Assembly (NCBI GenBank): GCA_965213675.1
Contig: OZ243916.1
Location: 2,976,001 to 3,040,000, forward strand
Reading direction: 5' to 3'
Length of the DNA: 64,000 bases
DNA from: an uncultured Candidatus Binatia bacterium
Lineage (GTDB): Bacteria > Desulfobacterota > Binatia > UBA9968 > JAJDTQ01
Part shown: positions 18,773-27,664 of the stretch, piece by piece
How positions within the stretch are numbered: position 1 is the stretch's first letter
Layout of the letters: each line of letters starts with the position of its first letter
Program-made: the position numbers and the translations under genes
The notes under the pieces: model-generated
The model's database searches: none
What the model was told of the DNA's origin: nothing
Seen by the model: only the letters and a program-made list of their open reading frames with translations

Positions 18773-19984
18773 ATGCAGTACCCCAGGGCTCTGGCTGACC
18801 GGCTGCTCCGGCTCGCGGAGCACTTTCCGGCGGTGGTAGTCACCGGTGCGCGTCAGGCGGGCAAGACGACCCTGATGCGCGCCACCTTTCCGGATCATCA
18901 CTACGTCTCCCTGGACCTCCCCACCACGGCCGACCAGGCCGAACGCAATCCGGACCTGTTCCTGCACCACCATCCGGCGCCCGTGCTCATCGACGAGGTG
19001 CAGTACGCGCCCGGCCTGTTCCGCCACGTGAAGGCGGCGATCGACGACCGTCGCCATGACATGGGCCGCTACATCCTCACCGGCAGCCAGAACTTCACGC
19101 TCATGAAAGGGATCTCGGACAGTCTTGCGGGCCGTTGCGGGATCGTGGAGTTGGAAAACCTGGCGCTGCACGAGATCGACGCCGTGACCCCAACCGGTGA
19201 CGACGCGGCCAGCCTCGCCGGCCTGATGGCCCGGGGGCAGTTCCCGGAGTTGTGGCGCGAGCCGGAGCTGCCGGCGGCGGATTTTTTCGCTTCCTATCTG
19301 GCCACCTACCTCGAACGGGACGTGCGCCAGATCCTGAACGTGGCGAGTCTCCGGGATTTCGAGCGCTTCGTTCGCGTCCTGGCGGCGCGCTCGGCGGCCA
19401 TGCTCAACAAGAGCGACGTCGCACGGGACACCGGCGTGGCGGTGAAGACCATCGGCGAGTGGGTGAGCGTGCTCCAGGCGTCCGGCCAGATCGTCCTGCT
19501 GGAGCCCTGGCACGTGAGCTTCGGCAAACGAGTGGCGAAGACTCCGAAGGTCTATTTCCGCGACAGCGGCCTGCTCTGCTTTCTGCTGGGGCTTGACGCC
19601 TCCACACTGCTCACCTCGCCAGCCCTGGGCGCTGTATGGGAGACGTTCGTGTTCGCGGAGATGCGCAAGCTGAACGAGGCCGAGTCCGCGCCTGTCAACT
19701 TCTGGTACTATCGCGACCAGCGCGGCCAGGAGGTGGACTTCGTGCGCGACGCCGGCGGCGTCCTCGGCTTCATGGAGTGCAAGTGGACCGAGCGGCCCAC
19801 CCTGCGTGACGCGCGCGGGTTGCTGCGAGTGAACGCCGGGCTGGCCGCGTCCAACAGCCCTTGGCGCCCCGGCCCGCACTACGTCATCGGCCAGCCCGTG
19901 TCCAGCCATTCCCTGGGTGAGGGCGTGACCGCCGTGTCGCTGCGCGACCTCCCCGCCATCGTCTCCGGGAATCCGCTCGCCTGA
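18773..19984 (+). CDS. AAA_14 ATPase with C-terminal DUF4143 PD-(D/E)XK-like domain
   Basis: GARQAGKT, IDEVQ, LTGSQ, KTPKVYFRDSG, EVDF...ECK. Confidence 0.88.
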   Translation: MQYPRALADRLLRLAEHFPAVVVTGARQAGKTTLMRATFPDHHYVSLDLPTTADQAERNPDLFLHHHPAPVLIDEVQYAPGLFRHVKAAIDDRRHDMGRYILTGSQNFTLMKGISDSLAGRCGIVELENLALHEIDAVTPTGDDAASLAGLMARGQFPELWREPELPAADFFASYLATYLERDVRQILNVASLRDFERFVRVLAARSAAMLNKSDVARDTGVAVKTIGEWVSVLQASGQIVLLEPWHVSFGKRVAKTPKVYFRDSGLLCFLLGLDASTLLTSPALGAVWETFVFAEMRKLNEAESAPVNFWYYRDQRGQEVDFVRDAGGVLGFMECKWTERPTLRDARGLLRVNAGLAASNSPWRPGPHYVIGQPVSSHSLGEGVTAVSLRDLPAIVSGNPLA

Positions 19985-20093
19985 CCGGTTGCGCTGGACA
20001 TCGTTGCCTCTCCGCGCCCAAAGACATAGTAGTGGCACAGTCTGGAACGTCGGCTTCAGGCGGGATGAACGCCGCCAATGAGGAGAAACGCAC

Positions 20094-21074
20094 ATGGAGT
20101 ACCGCCAGTTCGCAACCACCGACTGCAAGGTGTCGCCCATGGGGCTCGGCTGTCTGAGCATGTCGGGCATGTACGGCGCCGGCAACGACGATGAATCCAT
20201 CGCCACACTGCACCGGGCCTTCGACCTCGGCATCAATTTCCTGGACACCTCCGCCAGCTATGGCAACGGCCACAACCACGAGCTCATCGGCAAGGCCATC
20301 AAGGGCCGGCGCGACCAGGTGGTGATCCACTCCAAGTCCGGCAGCCCGCGGTCCGCCGCTGGCGCCGGCCTCGACGGCGGCAGTTCGCCCGAGTACCTCG
20401 TCCAGACCTGCGAGGAGAGCCTCCAGCGGCTGGGCATCGACTGCCTGGACATGTACTGCATGTCCCGCATCGACCCCGCCGTCCCGGTGGAGGAATCGGT
20501 GGGCGGCATGGCGCGCTTGGTGGAGCAAGGCAAGACCCGTTACATCGGACTCTCCGAAGCCAGCGCCGATTCCATCCGCCGCGCCCAAAAGGTCCACCCC
20601 ATCGTCTCGCTCCAGATCGAATACTCACTCTGGTCCCGGGACCCCGAGCAGGGCAACATCGAGGCCTGCCGCGAGTTCGGCATGGGCCTCATGGCCTACT
20701 CGCCCCTGGGCCGCGGCTTCTTCGCCGGCGCCGTCCGCAGTCTCGACCAGCTCGCCGAACGCGACGGCCGCCGCAACCAGCCCCGCCTCCAACCGGGCAA
20801 CATCGAGCGCAACCTGGAACTGCTCGCCCAAGTGGACGAAGTCGCCAGGGAGAGGGGCATCACCACGACCCAGCTTGCCCTGGCTTGGCTCATGGCCCAA
20901 GGCCCCGACATCATCCCCATCCCCAGCAGCAAAAGCCGCAAGCACCTGGAGGAGAACATCAAAGCCGTTGAGGTGGAGTTGACGGAAGAGGACCTGCAGC
21001 GGCTGGACGCAATCCTCCCTTACGGCGCCGCCGCCGGCAACCGGACACGAGACATGAAACGGGTGAACGTGTAG
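20094..21074 (+). CDS. aldo/keto reductase
   Basis: GLGCLSMS, DTSASYG, IGLSE, YSPLGRG. Confidence 0.92.
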   Translation: MEYRQFATTDCKVSPMGLGCLSMSGMYGAGNDDESIATLHRAFDLGINFLDTSASYGNGHNHELIGKAIKGRRDQVVIHSKSGSPRSAAGAGLDGGSSPEYLVQTCEESLQRLGIDCLDMYCMSRIDPAVPVEESVGGMARLVEQGKTRYIGLSEASADSIRRAQKVHPIVSLQIEYSLWSRDPEQGNIEACREFGMGLMAYSPLGRGFFAGAVRSLDQLAERDGRRNQPRLQPGNIERNLELLAQVDEVARERGITTTQLALAWLMAQGPDIIPIPSSKSRKHLEENIKAVEVELTEEDLQRLDAILPYGAAAGNRTRDMKRVNV

Positions 21075-21192
21075 GTGCAAACTTGAAGCGGAATTTGATT
21101 TGCCTTAGTAACCGTAGAGCTTCGATTCTTGGCATTTGCAGGTCGATATAATCAATTTGAGGAAACAGGAGATAGGAGGGGAGGCCTATTGT

Positions 21193-21354
21193 ATGGCGGT
21201 TGAAGGCTCCGAACGACTCAAGAGTCTAGCGGAACGGGAAATTCGGAATGACGTAATGCATTTCGATCCGGACGGTATAGACCCTAATGACACGAATAAA
21301 CTGGAAGAGATCGCCCAATTCTTTCGCGACTTACGGCGTGTAGGAGCAATATAG
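21193..21354 (+). pseudogene. C-terminal remnant of a HEPN (RxxxxH) domain protein
   Basis: REIRNDVMHFDPDGI...FFRDL; no intact N-terminal part. Confidence 0.5.
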
Positions 21355-21798
21355 GTGCGGTCTAGGGCACTGTTGTGTTTTAGAGGACGCGGCAAAACCG
21401 ACACCCTTCTCCCTTACCCCGCTGTTGGCAACCGGGCACGAGATCCGGAAGTATGAAACCAGCCTACTCGAAGGGTTCAGGCCCACCGTCAATCTGAGGG
21501 ATACAGAGCCTGAGGAGAGGCTCGCCGAGGGGCTAAGCGTCCTACAACCGGGACCGTACGCGCGACAGCCTCCGCGGCCGGTCACCGCTCGACCGGCTGT
21601 AGGATCTCCTACGCGAGGCTCCTGCCGGCCAAGAGGGGTCGCCGCCGGCTAAGATCAGAATCGCGAGTTTAACTTGCCTCGGAAAGCTTGGCCCACAATT
21701 CACCCGGGTCGTCGTTGAGACCATGTAGGCAGACGACACAGATGGAGCAAGTGAACGTGTAGAAGGGCGTCGAAGATTACTTGGACTGGACACCGCTA

Positions 21799-22821
21799 TC
21801 AGTCCCGTTCGGGCTGGTTCGTCGACGGCTGTGCACAAACATTGGGTAGGCGGTCATTGATCGCGATTGCCAAGTCACAGCCGAAGTTTCGTGTGTTGTC
21901 GGTGACTACCGTCTGCGCTCCCGTCGCCGCGACATACGCAAGGGTTTCTTCGAAATCAGCGTGGTTCGACAAGGCCACGCGATAGGCCCGATCTGAAAAG
22001 ACCTTCAGCGGATGGTCGTGGTCGACCATGTACGCGCTACAGGTGACCATTGTCCCCTCGACTCGCTCGTTCTTGAAACCGTCGCCCTTTGAGTAGAGCC
22101 GCACATATGAACGCTGTTGCACGGCGTGCCTGCCGTCGGCGGAATCGAGCGGAACCAGTACTCCGGGCGCGAGGCCATGCTGCTGGTATACCTGCACGCG
22201 CCGGATTAGCCGCTCGGTGGCCAGAAGGGGAACGCCCACGTTGTCTCCAAGCACCTGCAAGGTGCGTTCGATGGTTCCGGGGTGGGCGTGGATATGGACT
22301 GAACCGTGCCGTAGTCTCGCACAGACTATTTCAGACAGGCAGGCTTCCGCTTGGTCCTGCGTGTAACCTCGGACGCTACGGGGGTTACCATAAGTACTGT
22401 CAACGACCAGTTCATCGACTTGGATCACGTTGTCGAGGGGCCATCCGAAGTCGCCGGAATATCCAATCCGATGACCGTCTGGCAACTCCAGGGCAACCTG
22501 ACACGATCCAAGCATGTGGTTCGATGGGACTAGATGTAACGTAAAGCCTTTTCCCAGATCATGCGCGACACCGCGTTCGACCGGGTGGAAGTTCTCTCGG
22601 TACTCCAGATCAGCATTGTACTCGGCAATGAGCAAAGCATAGGTCTCAGGGCTTAGCAGGAACTCCTGCAGCCCCTTGCTCTTGTTGAACGCACCCATGT
22701 GGTCTTCATGGACGTGTGTCTGGACACGGAAGCGGCAGCCATTAGCGAAACCGTCGCACACGACCATCTCGCCGAGGCAGACAGCGCCACTCTCCCGCAC
22801 GTCAACCATCGGGTCAGGCAT
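21799..22821 (-). CDS. metallo-beta-lactamase/beta-CASP-like nuclease (SNM1/Artemis-like motifs)
   Basis: THVHEDH, NHMLGS, YSGDF, DSTYG, SNHADF; ATG overlaps the upstream stop (ATGCCTGA). Confidence 0.82.
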   Translation of the reverse strand: MPDPMVDVRESGAVCLGEMVVCDGFANGCRFRVQTHVHEDHMGAFNKSKGLQEFLLSPETYALLIAEYNADLEYRENFHPVERGVAHDLGKGFTLHLVPSNHMLGSCQVALELPDGHRIGYSGDFGWPLDNVIQVDELVVDSTYGNPRSVRGYTQDQAEACLSEIVCARLRHGSVHIHAHPGTIERTLQVLGDNVGVPLLATERLIRRVQVYQQHGLAPGVLVPLDSADGRHAVQQRSYVRLYSKGDGFKNERVEGTMVTCSAYMVDHDHPLKVFSDRAYRVALSNHADFEETLAYVAATGAQTVVTDNTRNFGCDLAIAINDRLPNVCAQPSTNQPERD

Positions 22822-23524
22822 TTGCGACACACTCCGCAACAAAGGCGCGCAGCAGAGATTCAATGTCTTGCTTGCCGACATGCTTCATTGACACGCCAAA
22901 ACCCTCGTCCCCGACCAAGGTGAAAATTTTGGGGCCTAGGCGTCCTGACGCCCCCTTTAGCCCGATTTTCTCCACGCCCGCCGCCAACATTGCATCCCTT
23001 TCTCTTTGTGGAAGCTCCGCAAGAGCTCGCTGTGCACCGCGATCAAGTATGGTGCCGATGAACACGTAACGCCGGTCGATTGCTTGCCGCATGTTGATGA
23101 CTTCCTTCACGCACTCGCTGACCGGCCGTCGTGAGCGTTCGCGCAGTTGCACGACCTGTCGGACCTCTTTGCTATTCAGGCCGTTGGCGAGTATCGCTTC
23201 GGCGACCGTGCGTTGGTCGTCAGCTTTCGGAAGTCGGGTGAGTTCGGTAGCACATGAGAACCCCACGGCATCTCGAGGGCTGCCCCAACTTATCACGTGC
23301 CGGAGGTCGTCCGGGAGGTCAAGAATACGCAGGAAACGTCTAACGCCCGTCGCGTCGATCCAGGTCTCCTTTGCACATTCGTCAAGTGAACTGCCGGCAT
23401 CGCATGCCCGCTGCAGCAATGCACCGACTTCGACCGGCGAAAGTAGACGCTCCTTTCTATGTTTCCCGTAGCCGACCGACATCCGGAGACGTCCAAGTTC
23501 TAGAGGGCTCAGACCTGGGAGCAT
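22814..23524 (-). CDS. ParB/Spo0J-type HTH-domain protein lacking the N-terminal CTPase domain
   Basis: LSPVEVGA...VRRFLRILDLPD...A.L..L...ILANGLNSKEVRQVV aligns by eye with chromosomal ParB LNPIEEAA...VANALRLLSLPD...VMAKGLSTRETEALV. Confidence 0.65.
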   Translation of the reverse strand: MLPGLSPLELGRLRMSVGYGKHRKERLLSPVEVGALLQRACDAGSSLDECAKETWIDATGVRRFLRILDLPDDLRHVISWGSPRDAVGFSCATELTRLPKADDQRTVAEAILANGLNSKEVRQVVQLRERSRRPVSECVKEVINMRQAIDRRYVFIGTILDRGAQRALAELPQRERDAMLAAGVEKIGLKGASGRLGPKIFTLVGDEGFGVSMKHVGKQDIESLLRAFVAECVANA

Positions 23525-23538
23525 GATGGCTACTAATC

Positions 23539-24357
23539 TCAGAGTCCGCGGCCGGTCAGCGCCTCTTCGATGAGCATGACGGTCGCGTCTCCCTGGTTGG
23601 TGCCTTCTTCCCGGGCGACCTGCTGGATGGCACGATGCGTATCCTGTGTCACGGTAGCGACAACCTGGATGACCTTCGAGCCGGACTTCGCGCCCTCTAT
23701 AACCTCTACGACAGACTTGTCGGGATTGTCTCTTCGATCCTCCTCCACCTTCTTGCGTTGGGCTCCTGACATCGATGCCATCTCCTGGGCCAAGACAAGG
23801 GCGTCGTCGGTGTTGACCGCGCCGTCGTCGTCCGTTGCCGAATCCTGCGCACGCAGTGCGGCATTGACATCAACTTGTCCTTCGTCGACCAAGTCCTTCA
23901 GTTGTTTCACCAGCCGGGGGTACTTTACGTAGTCCCGCACTTCCCGATGGGGCAGGCCTGTTGTCTTGACCACGTCCTGAACGCTTCCGTATATGTTGTA
24001 AAGGTAAAGGATTCCATCCTTGAGTTCTTTGCCCGACAGCTTGCGACGTATTAGGTTTTCGGTGATGGAGATTGTCTTGGCCTCAGCCTGCCCGACTTGG
24101 CTGTCAAGCACGGCGGCCGAGATGGTGTCTCGATTCAGCATCTTGTAAGCGAGGAAGCGCCGCTGACCTGTAAGGATCTCCCATTTCCCGGGCTGTTGTT
24201 TCGACTTGCAAACCACGATCGGTTGCAGTAGCCCTTGCGCTTCGATACTTGCGGCGAGATCCTCAACGCCGGCCCCCGGGTTCTCTGTCCGGACCTGTCC
24301 CAGACCAATTACCAAGTCGTCGAGGGGTATTTCGCGGTAATCGATGATTTTTGCCAT
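23539..24357 (-). CDS. ParB/RepB/Spo0J family protein with RHH-like C-terminus
   Basis: LAASIEAQGLLQPIVV, ILTGQRRFLA, TENLIR; GGAG upstream. Confidence 0.85.
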   Translation of the reverse strand: MAKIIDYREIPLDDLVIGLGQVRTENPGAGVEDLAASIEAQGLLQPIVVCKSKQQPGKWEILTGQRRFLAYKMLNRDTISAAVLDSQVGQAEAKTISITENLIRRKLSGKELKDGILYLYNIYGSVQDVVKTTGLPHREVRDYVKYPRLVKQLKDLVDEGQVDVNAALRAQDSATDDDGAVNTDDALVLAQEMASMSGAQRKKVEEDRRDNPDKSVVEVIEGAKSGSKVIQVVATVTQDTHRAIQQVAREEGTNQGDATVMLIEEALTGRGL

Positions 24358-24361
24358 GGCT

Positions 24362-25774
24362 TTAGTCTCCTTCGGTTGCATTGGAAGAGGGCGAAAGGGT
24401 GCCCTCCGCAAGTTCTAAAATCTCCATGAGTTCGCGCTTGGTGAGTCGCCCGCGCACCGTCCCCACAGATTCGATGACCTCGTCGAATAGGGCCTCCTTC
24501 CGGTCGAGCACTGTAGCTATGCGCTCTTCGACCGAGTCTCGGACCAGGAAACGGATGACATGCAGCGGCCCTTCCCGTTCGAAGCGGTGCGCTCGGTAGA
24601 CTGCCTGGAACTCGACTGCAGGATTCCACCAGCGGTCGAACAGGACGGCGTGGGTCGCCTCCCCGAGGTTCAGGCCGACGCCGCCGGCACGAAGGGAAAT
24701 CAATAGTGCCCGCGGTGTTTGGCCTGTCCTGAACCGGTCGATAGAAATCTGTCTCTCGGCTGCCGGCATGGAACCGATCAGAAGGTCGTGGGGTATTCCG
24801 ATCCGCTGGGAAATCTGCCGAAGGGTCTGGACGAACTGCGAAAACACAATCATCCTCGCCGATTGCCCAGCGCCTTCGCAGATGGCTGTGAGGGCCTCCA
24901 GTTTCGATGAAGCACCGCTCTCGACGTCGTAGTTGCAGATCACCTTTAGTCGCGTAATGAGACCGAGCATGGCGGCGTTGGAGTCTTCCTTTTCCCCGCC
25001 GATTTGTGCCGTTCTGGCCGCCCACAGATCGTCGTAGGCGATCCGTTGTGGCGACGAGAGCTCGAGGTACAGATCCTGTACGATGACAGCCGGCAGTTCG
25101 GCCCGCACTTCACGTTTCCGCCGCCGCAGCATCATTGCCTCCAGCCTCTTGTTCAGCCGTGTTGCATCGGGATCCCGACGAATATCGGGGTCCAGGAAGG
25201 CGAGGATTGAGGCGACGTCTTCGCGGTCGTTTTCGAGCGGCGTCGCAGACAGTGCCCACGCACGTTTTCGCGGCAGCAGCCGGCAGGCGAGTGCCGTTGC
25301 GGAGTTCTTGTTCTTGATGCGTTGCGCTTCGTCCAGGATGACGAGATCGAACGTGCCTTTGGGAATCTGATCCAGTCCGTCTTGACGGATCTGTTCGTAA
25401 GAGGAGACGAGAACAGGGATCGGCAGCAGGTAGAATGCCTTCCGGCTGGCGGCCCCGCCCTGAAGCCGTCGCGTCGCCAGTGACGGTGCCCATGTAGTGA
25501 GTTCGGACATCCAGTTCAGCGTCAGCGAGGCCGGGGCCACGATCAAGGCTCGGTCGATCCCCTTTTGTCCATTGAGGAGAAGTGCAAGAGCGATTGCTGC
25601 CTGGACGGTTTTTCCCAATCCCATCTCGTCAGCGAGAAGGGCAGACGTGGACTGGTACAGGAATGCCACTCCCTCCCACTGGTACGTGTGAAGGGCGGCG
25701 GGGAGCATGAGTTGATCTTCGGCCGCGCTCCGGAGATCTTGCACGTCCAGCGTCACTCGAAGACCCACACCCAC
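24362..25774 (-). CDS. SNF2-family helicase/ATPase (compact two-domain form)
   Basis: LLADEMGLGKT, DEAQ, SATPLEN, SLRAGGVGLNL, WWNPAVEFQA..RAHR; start could be 25774, 25756 or 25709. Confidence 0.9.
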   Translation of the reverse strand: MGVGLRVTLDVQDLRSAAEDQLMLPAALHTYQWEGVAFLYQSTSALLADEMGLGKTVQAAIALALLLNGQKGIDRALIVAPASLTLNWMSELTTWAPSLATRRLQGGAASRKAFYLLPIPVLVSSYEQIRQDGLDQIPKGTFDLVILDEAQRIKNKNSATALACRLLPRKRAWALSATPLENDREDVASILAFLDPDIRRDPDATRLNKRLEAMMLRRRKREVRAELPAVIVQDLYLELSSPQRIAYDDLWAARTAQIGGEKEDSNAAMLGLITRLKVICNYDVESGASSKLEALTAICEGAGQSARMIVFSQFVQTLRQISQRIGIPHDLLIGSMPAAERQISIDRFRTGQTPRALLISLRAGGVGLNLGEATHAVLFDRWWNPAVEFQAVYRAHRFEREGPLHVIRFLVRDSVEERIATVLDRKEALFDEVIESVGTVRGRLTKRELMEILELAEGTLSPSSNATEGD

Positions 25775-25891
25775 ACGGCAGCTTCAGCGATATCTCGTTG
25801 GCATGTCTCGATAACCGCCCGCGAAATGTGCTGTGTCATCGAAGTTAGCCTGTGACCAGCGAACTGCAAATACATATGACTTCATTGACCA

Positions 25892-27664
25892 TTAGCTCTC
25901 CTCGCGTCCGGAAAAGCACCACACCTGAGCGGCCGCCTTTGCGAGGTCCCTTGAGCGTTCGGCCACCGCCGTCGGAGTCCACTCGTCATGTATAGCTACA
26001 TCGCGTGTCATTCCAAATGGGCTGGTCTCAAAAACAGCCTTCTTGGCGGCGAAGTTCGCGTTGAAACGGTGCCGTGCATGATTGCCGCTGTCGCCCAGCA
26101 ATGTCAGATTCCCGATTCGAGCAACCCAGTCCCGGAGGTCGTATCCCACCGACGTGAAGCCGGTCCAACCGGACCAGTAGGTCTCCGACTGCGGCAAGAT
26201 GTGTTCCACGGAACATCCTTCATAGTCGAATGCGCGGCCTTCACGTTCTTGCTTGCCGTTGATTCCGAACAACAGTCGTTTGGCTCGCCGGGAATCGGTC
26301 ATCTGAACATCGAGGAGGCGAGAAATAAATCGTGTGTCGTCCATTATCATCAAGTCATCACATTCTTCGAGATCTGTTTTTATGTCGAGGTCAGCGACCT
26401 TGCTACTGGTCGCGATTCTCCTGGCACAATTGGCAAAACCCGGCTCTACTCTGGATGGTTCGAATTTGGCCCCGCAGAAGGAGAGGCGCATCACGAAGGA
26501 AGAAAGGTCGCTGAGGCAGTGATGCGCGGCTTTGGCTACTGCTCTCCGGTACCGATCTTCGGCTTCGATGAACTTCCGTAACAATGCAAACATTAGCGGT
26601 TGCACGACCTTATAACCACCCAATTCCTGAATGAACACAGGCAGATTACGTTTGTGTCGGGTGGTGCCGGACGCCGTGCAGAAGGCATTAAGCAGTTCCT
26701 TGCTTGGGTTTGTGGCAGTGATAGTCCGGAACAGTTCCACGGCAGCGGGACTAGCAAGCTCATGGACTAGCGCGTAAACGTGCTTGTCTCCATCCGGTCG
26801 TCGCCCAGGATTGCGGATCTTCGCCCGAGTATCGCGATAAAAGCGGGTCTTCTGAAGATAGCCGTACCGACATTGAAAGAAACAGCGGAAATACTCTTGG
26901 GATCGCGTAGTGCTTCGAGTAGTTGCGAGGACGCTTTCAAGCTGCTCGTGGACGGTGGCGCGCCGCTCTGAGTCGGCAGGATCTGTGAAGTACGAGTAAA
27001 GGTGGTTTCGAATTAGATCAACGTCATCCAGTCGCTTGCCTCGTCCATTGAGGGCTTCGAAAACGGCATTGGCGTCCTCTGTCTTGGGGACGTAGAGGAC
27101 ACCAATCTCGACCTTCTGCGTCAGGAAATCGAAAAACGTTTGGGTCTCACTCGGCCCCATTGCGCTGACGAACAGGGCCACTTCGTTCCAGGCGGAGGTC
27201 AATTTGCCGTTCGTCCCGATGTCGAGGCCACGGATAATCTGAGTAAACCGCGATCGGTCTTGGCGTGGCGGCTCGACGCGAGGCACATCCCGGGTCGTGT
27301 CGTCGAAGTTGGTGACCGCGTTCTCCGGGCGATCGAACAGTACGCGCAACGCGAGCATTTCACGGCCAGCGTCCGTGTCGCGGTTATTTGCGAACCGCCG
27401 GCCGAATGCAGCAAAGAGTAGGGAGAGGGTGATCATGCGCTGCTGACCGTCGTTGATTTCCCAAACATCCTCACCCGCGACCAGCATAATGGACCCGAGG
27501 AAGTAACTTGCCCGATCTTCGTCCAGGGCTTCTTTGAGGTCGACCAACAACTCGGTGACCTGCTCTACGGTCCAGTCGTAATACCGCTGATGCCACGGCA
27601 CTGTGAACCGTCCCTTGAGGAAGAGCTCGGACACGAGCAATGCCTCTGACGTGATCTGGGTCAT
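25892..27664 (-). CDS. DUF262 + DUF1524 (HNH) protein, GmrSD/SspE-like
   Basis: VPWHQRYYDW, DGQQR, FEALNGRG, SVEHILPQ, IGNLTLL; ATGA-coupled to dndC. Confidence 0.88.
   Translation of the reverse strand: MTQITSEALLVSELFLKGRFTVPWHQRYYDWTVEQVTELLVDLKEALDEDRASYFLGSIMLVAGEDVWEINDGQQRMITLSLLFAAFGRRFANNRDTDAGREMLALRVLFDRPENAVTNFDDTTRDVPRVEPPRQDRSRFTQIIRGLDIGTNGKLTSAWNEVALFVSAMGPSETQTFFDFLTQKVEIGVLYVPKTEDANAVFEALNGRGKRLDDVDLIRNHLYSYFTDPADSERRATVHEQLESVLATTRSTTRSQEYFRCFFQCRYGYLQKTRFYRDTRAKIRNPGRRPDGDKHVYALVHELASPAAVELFRTITATNPSKELLNAFCTASGTTRHKRNLPVFIQELGGYKVVQPLMFALLRKFIEAEDRYRRAVAKAAHHCLSDLSSFVMRLSFCGAKFEPSRVEPGFANCARRIATSSKVADLDIKTDLEECDDLMIMDDTRFISRLLDVQMTDSRRAKRLLFGINGKQEREGRAFDYEGCSVEHILPQSETYWSGWTGFTSVGYDLRDWVARIGNLTLLGDSGNHARHRFNANFAAKKAVFETSPFGMTRDVAIHDEWTPTAVAERSRDLAKAAAQVWCFSGREES

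Noticed and set aside
21355-21800. GTGCG right after the HEPN stub (also near 39952) as a group II intron 5' end
   Set aside because: No domain V/VI structure or reverse transcriptase is visible
21542-21838. ORF containing SAYMV, echoing the MBL nuclease (possible duplicate or eighth operon gene)
   Set aside because: The match is only five residues, with no RBS and no further similarity
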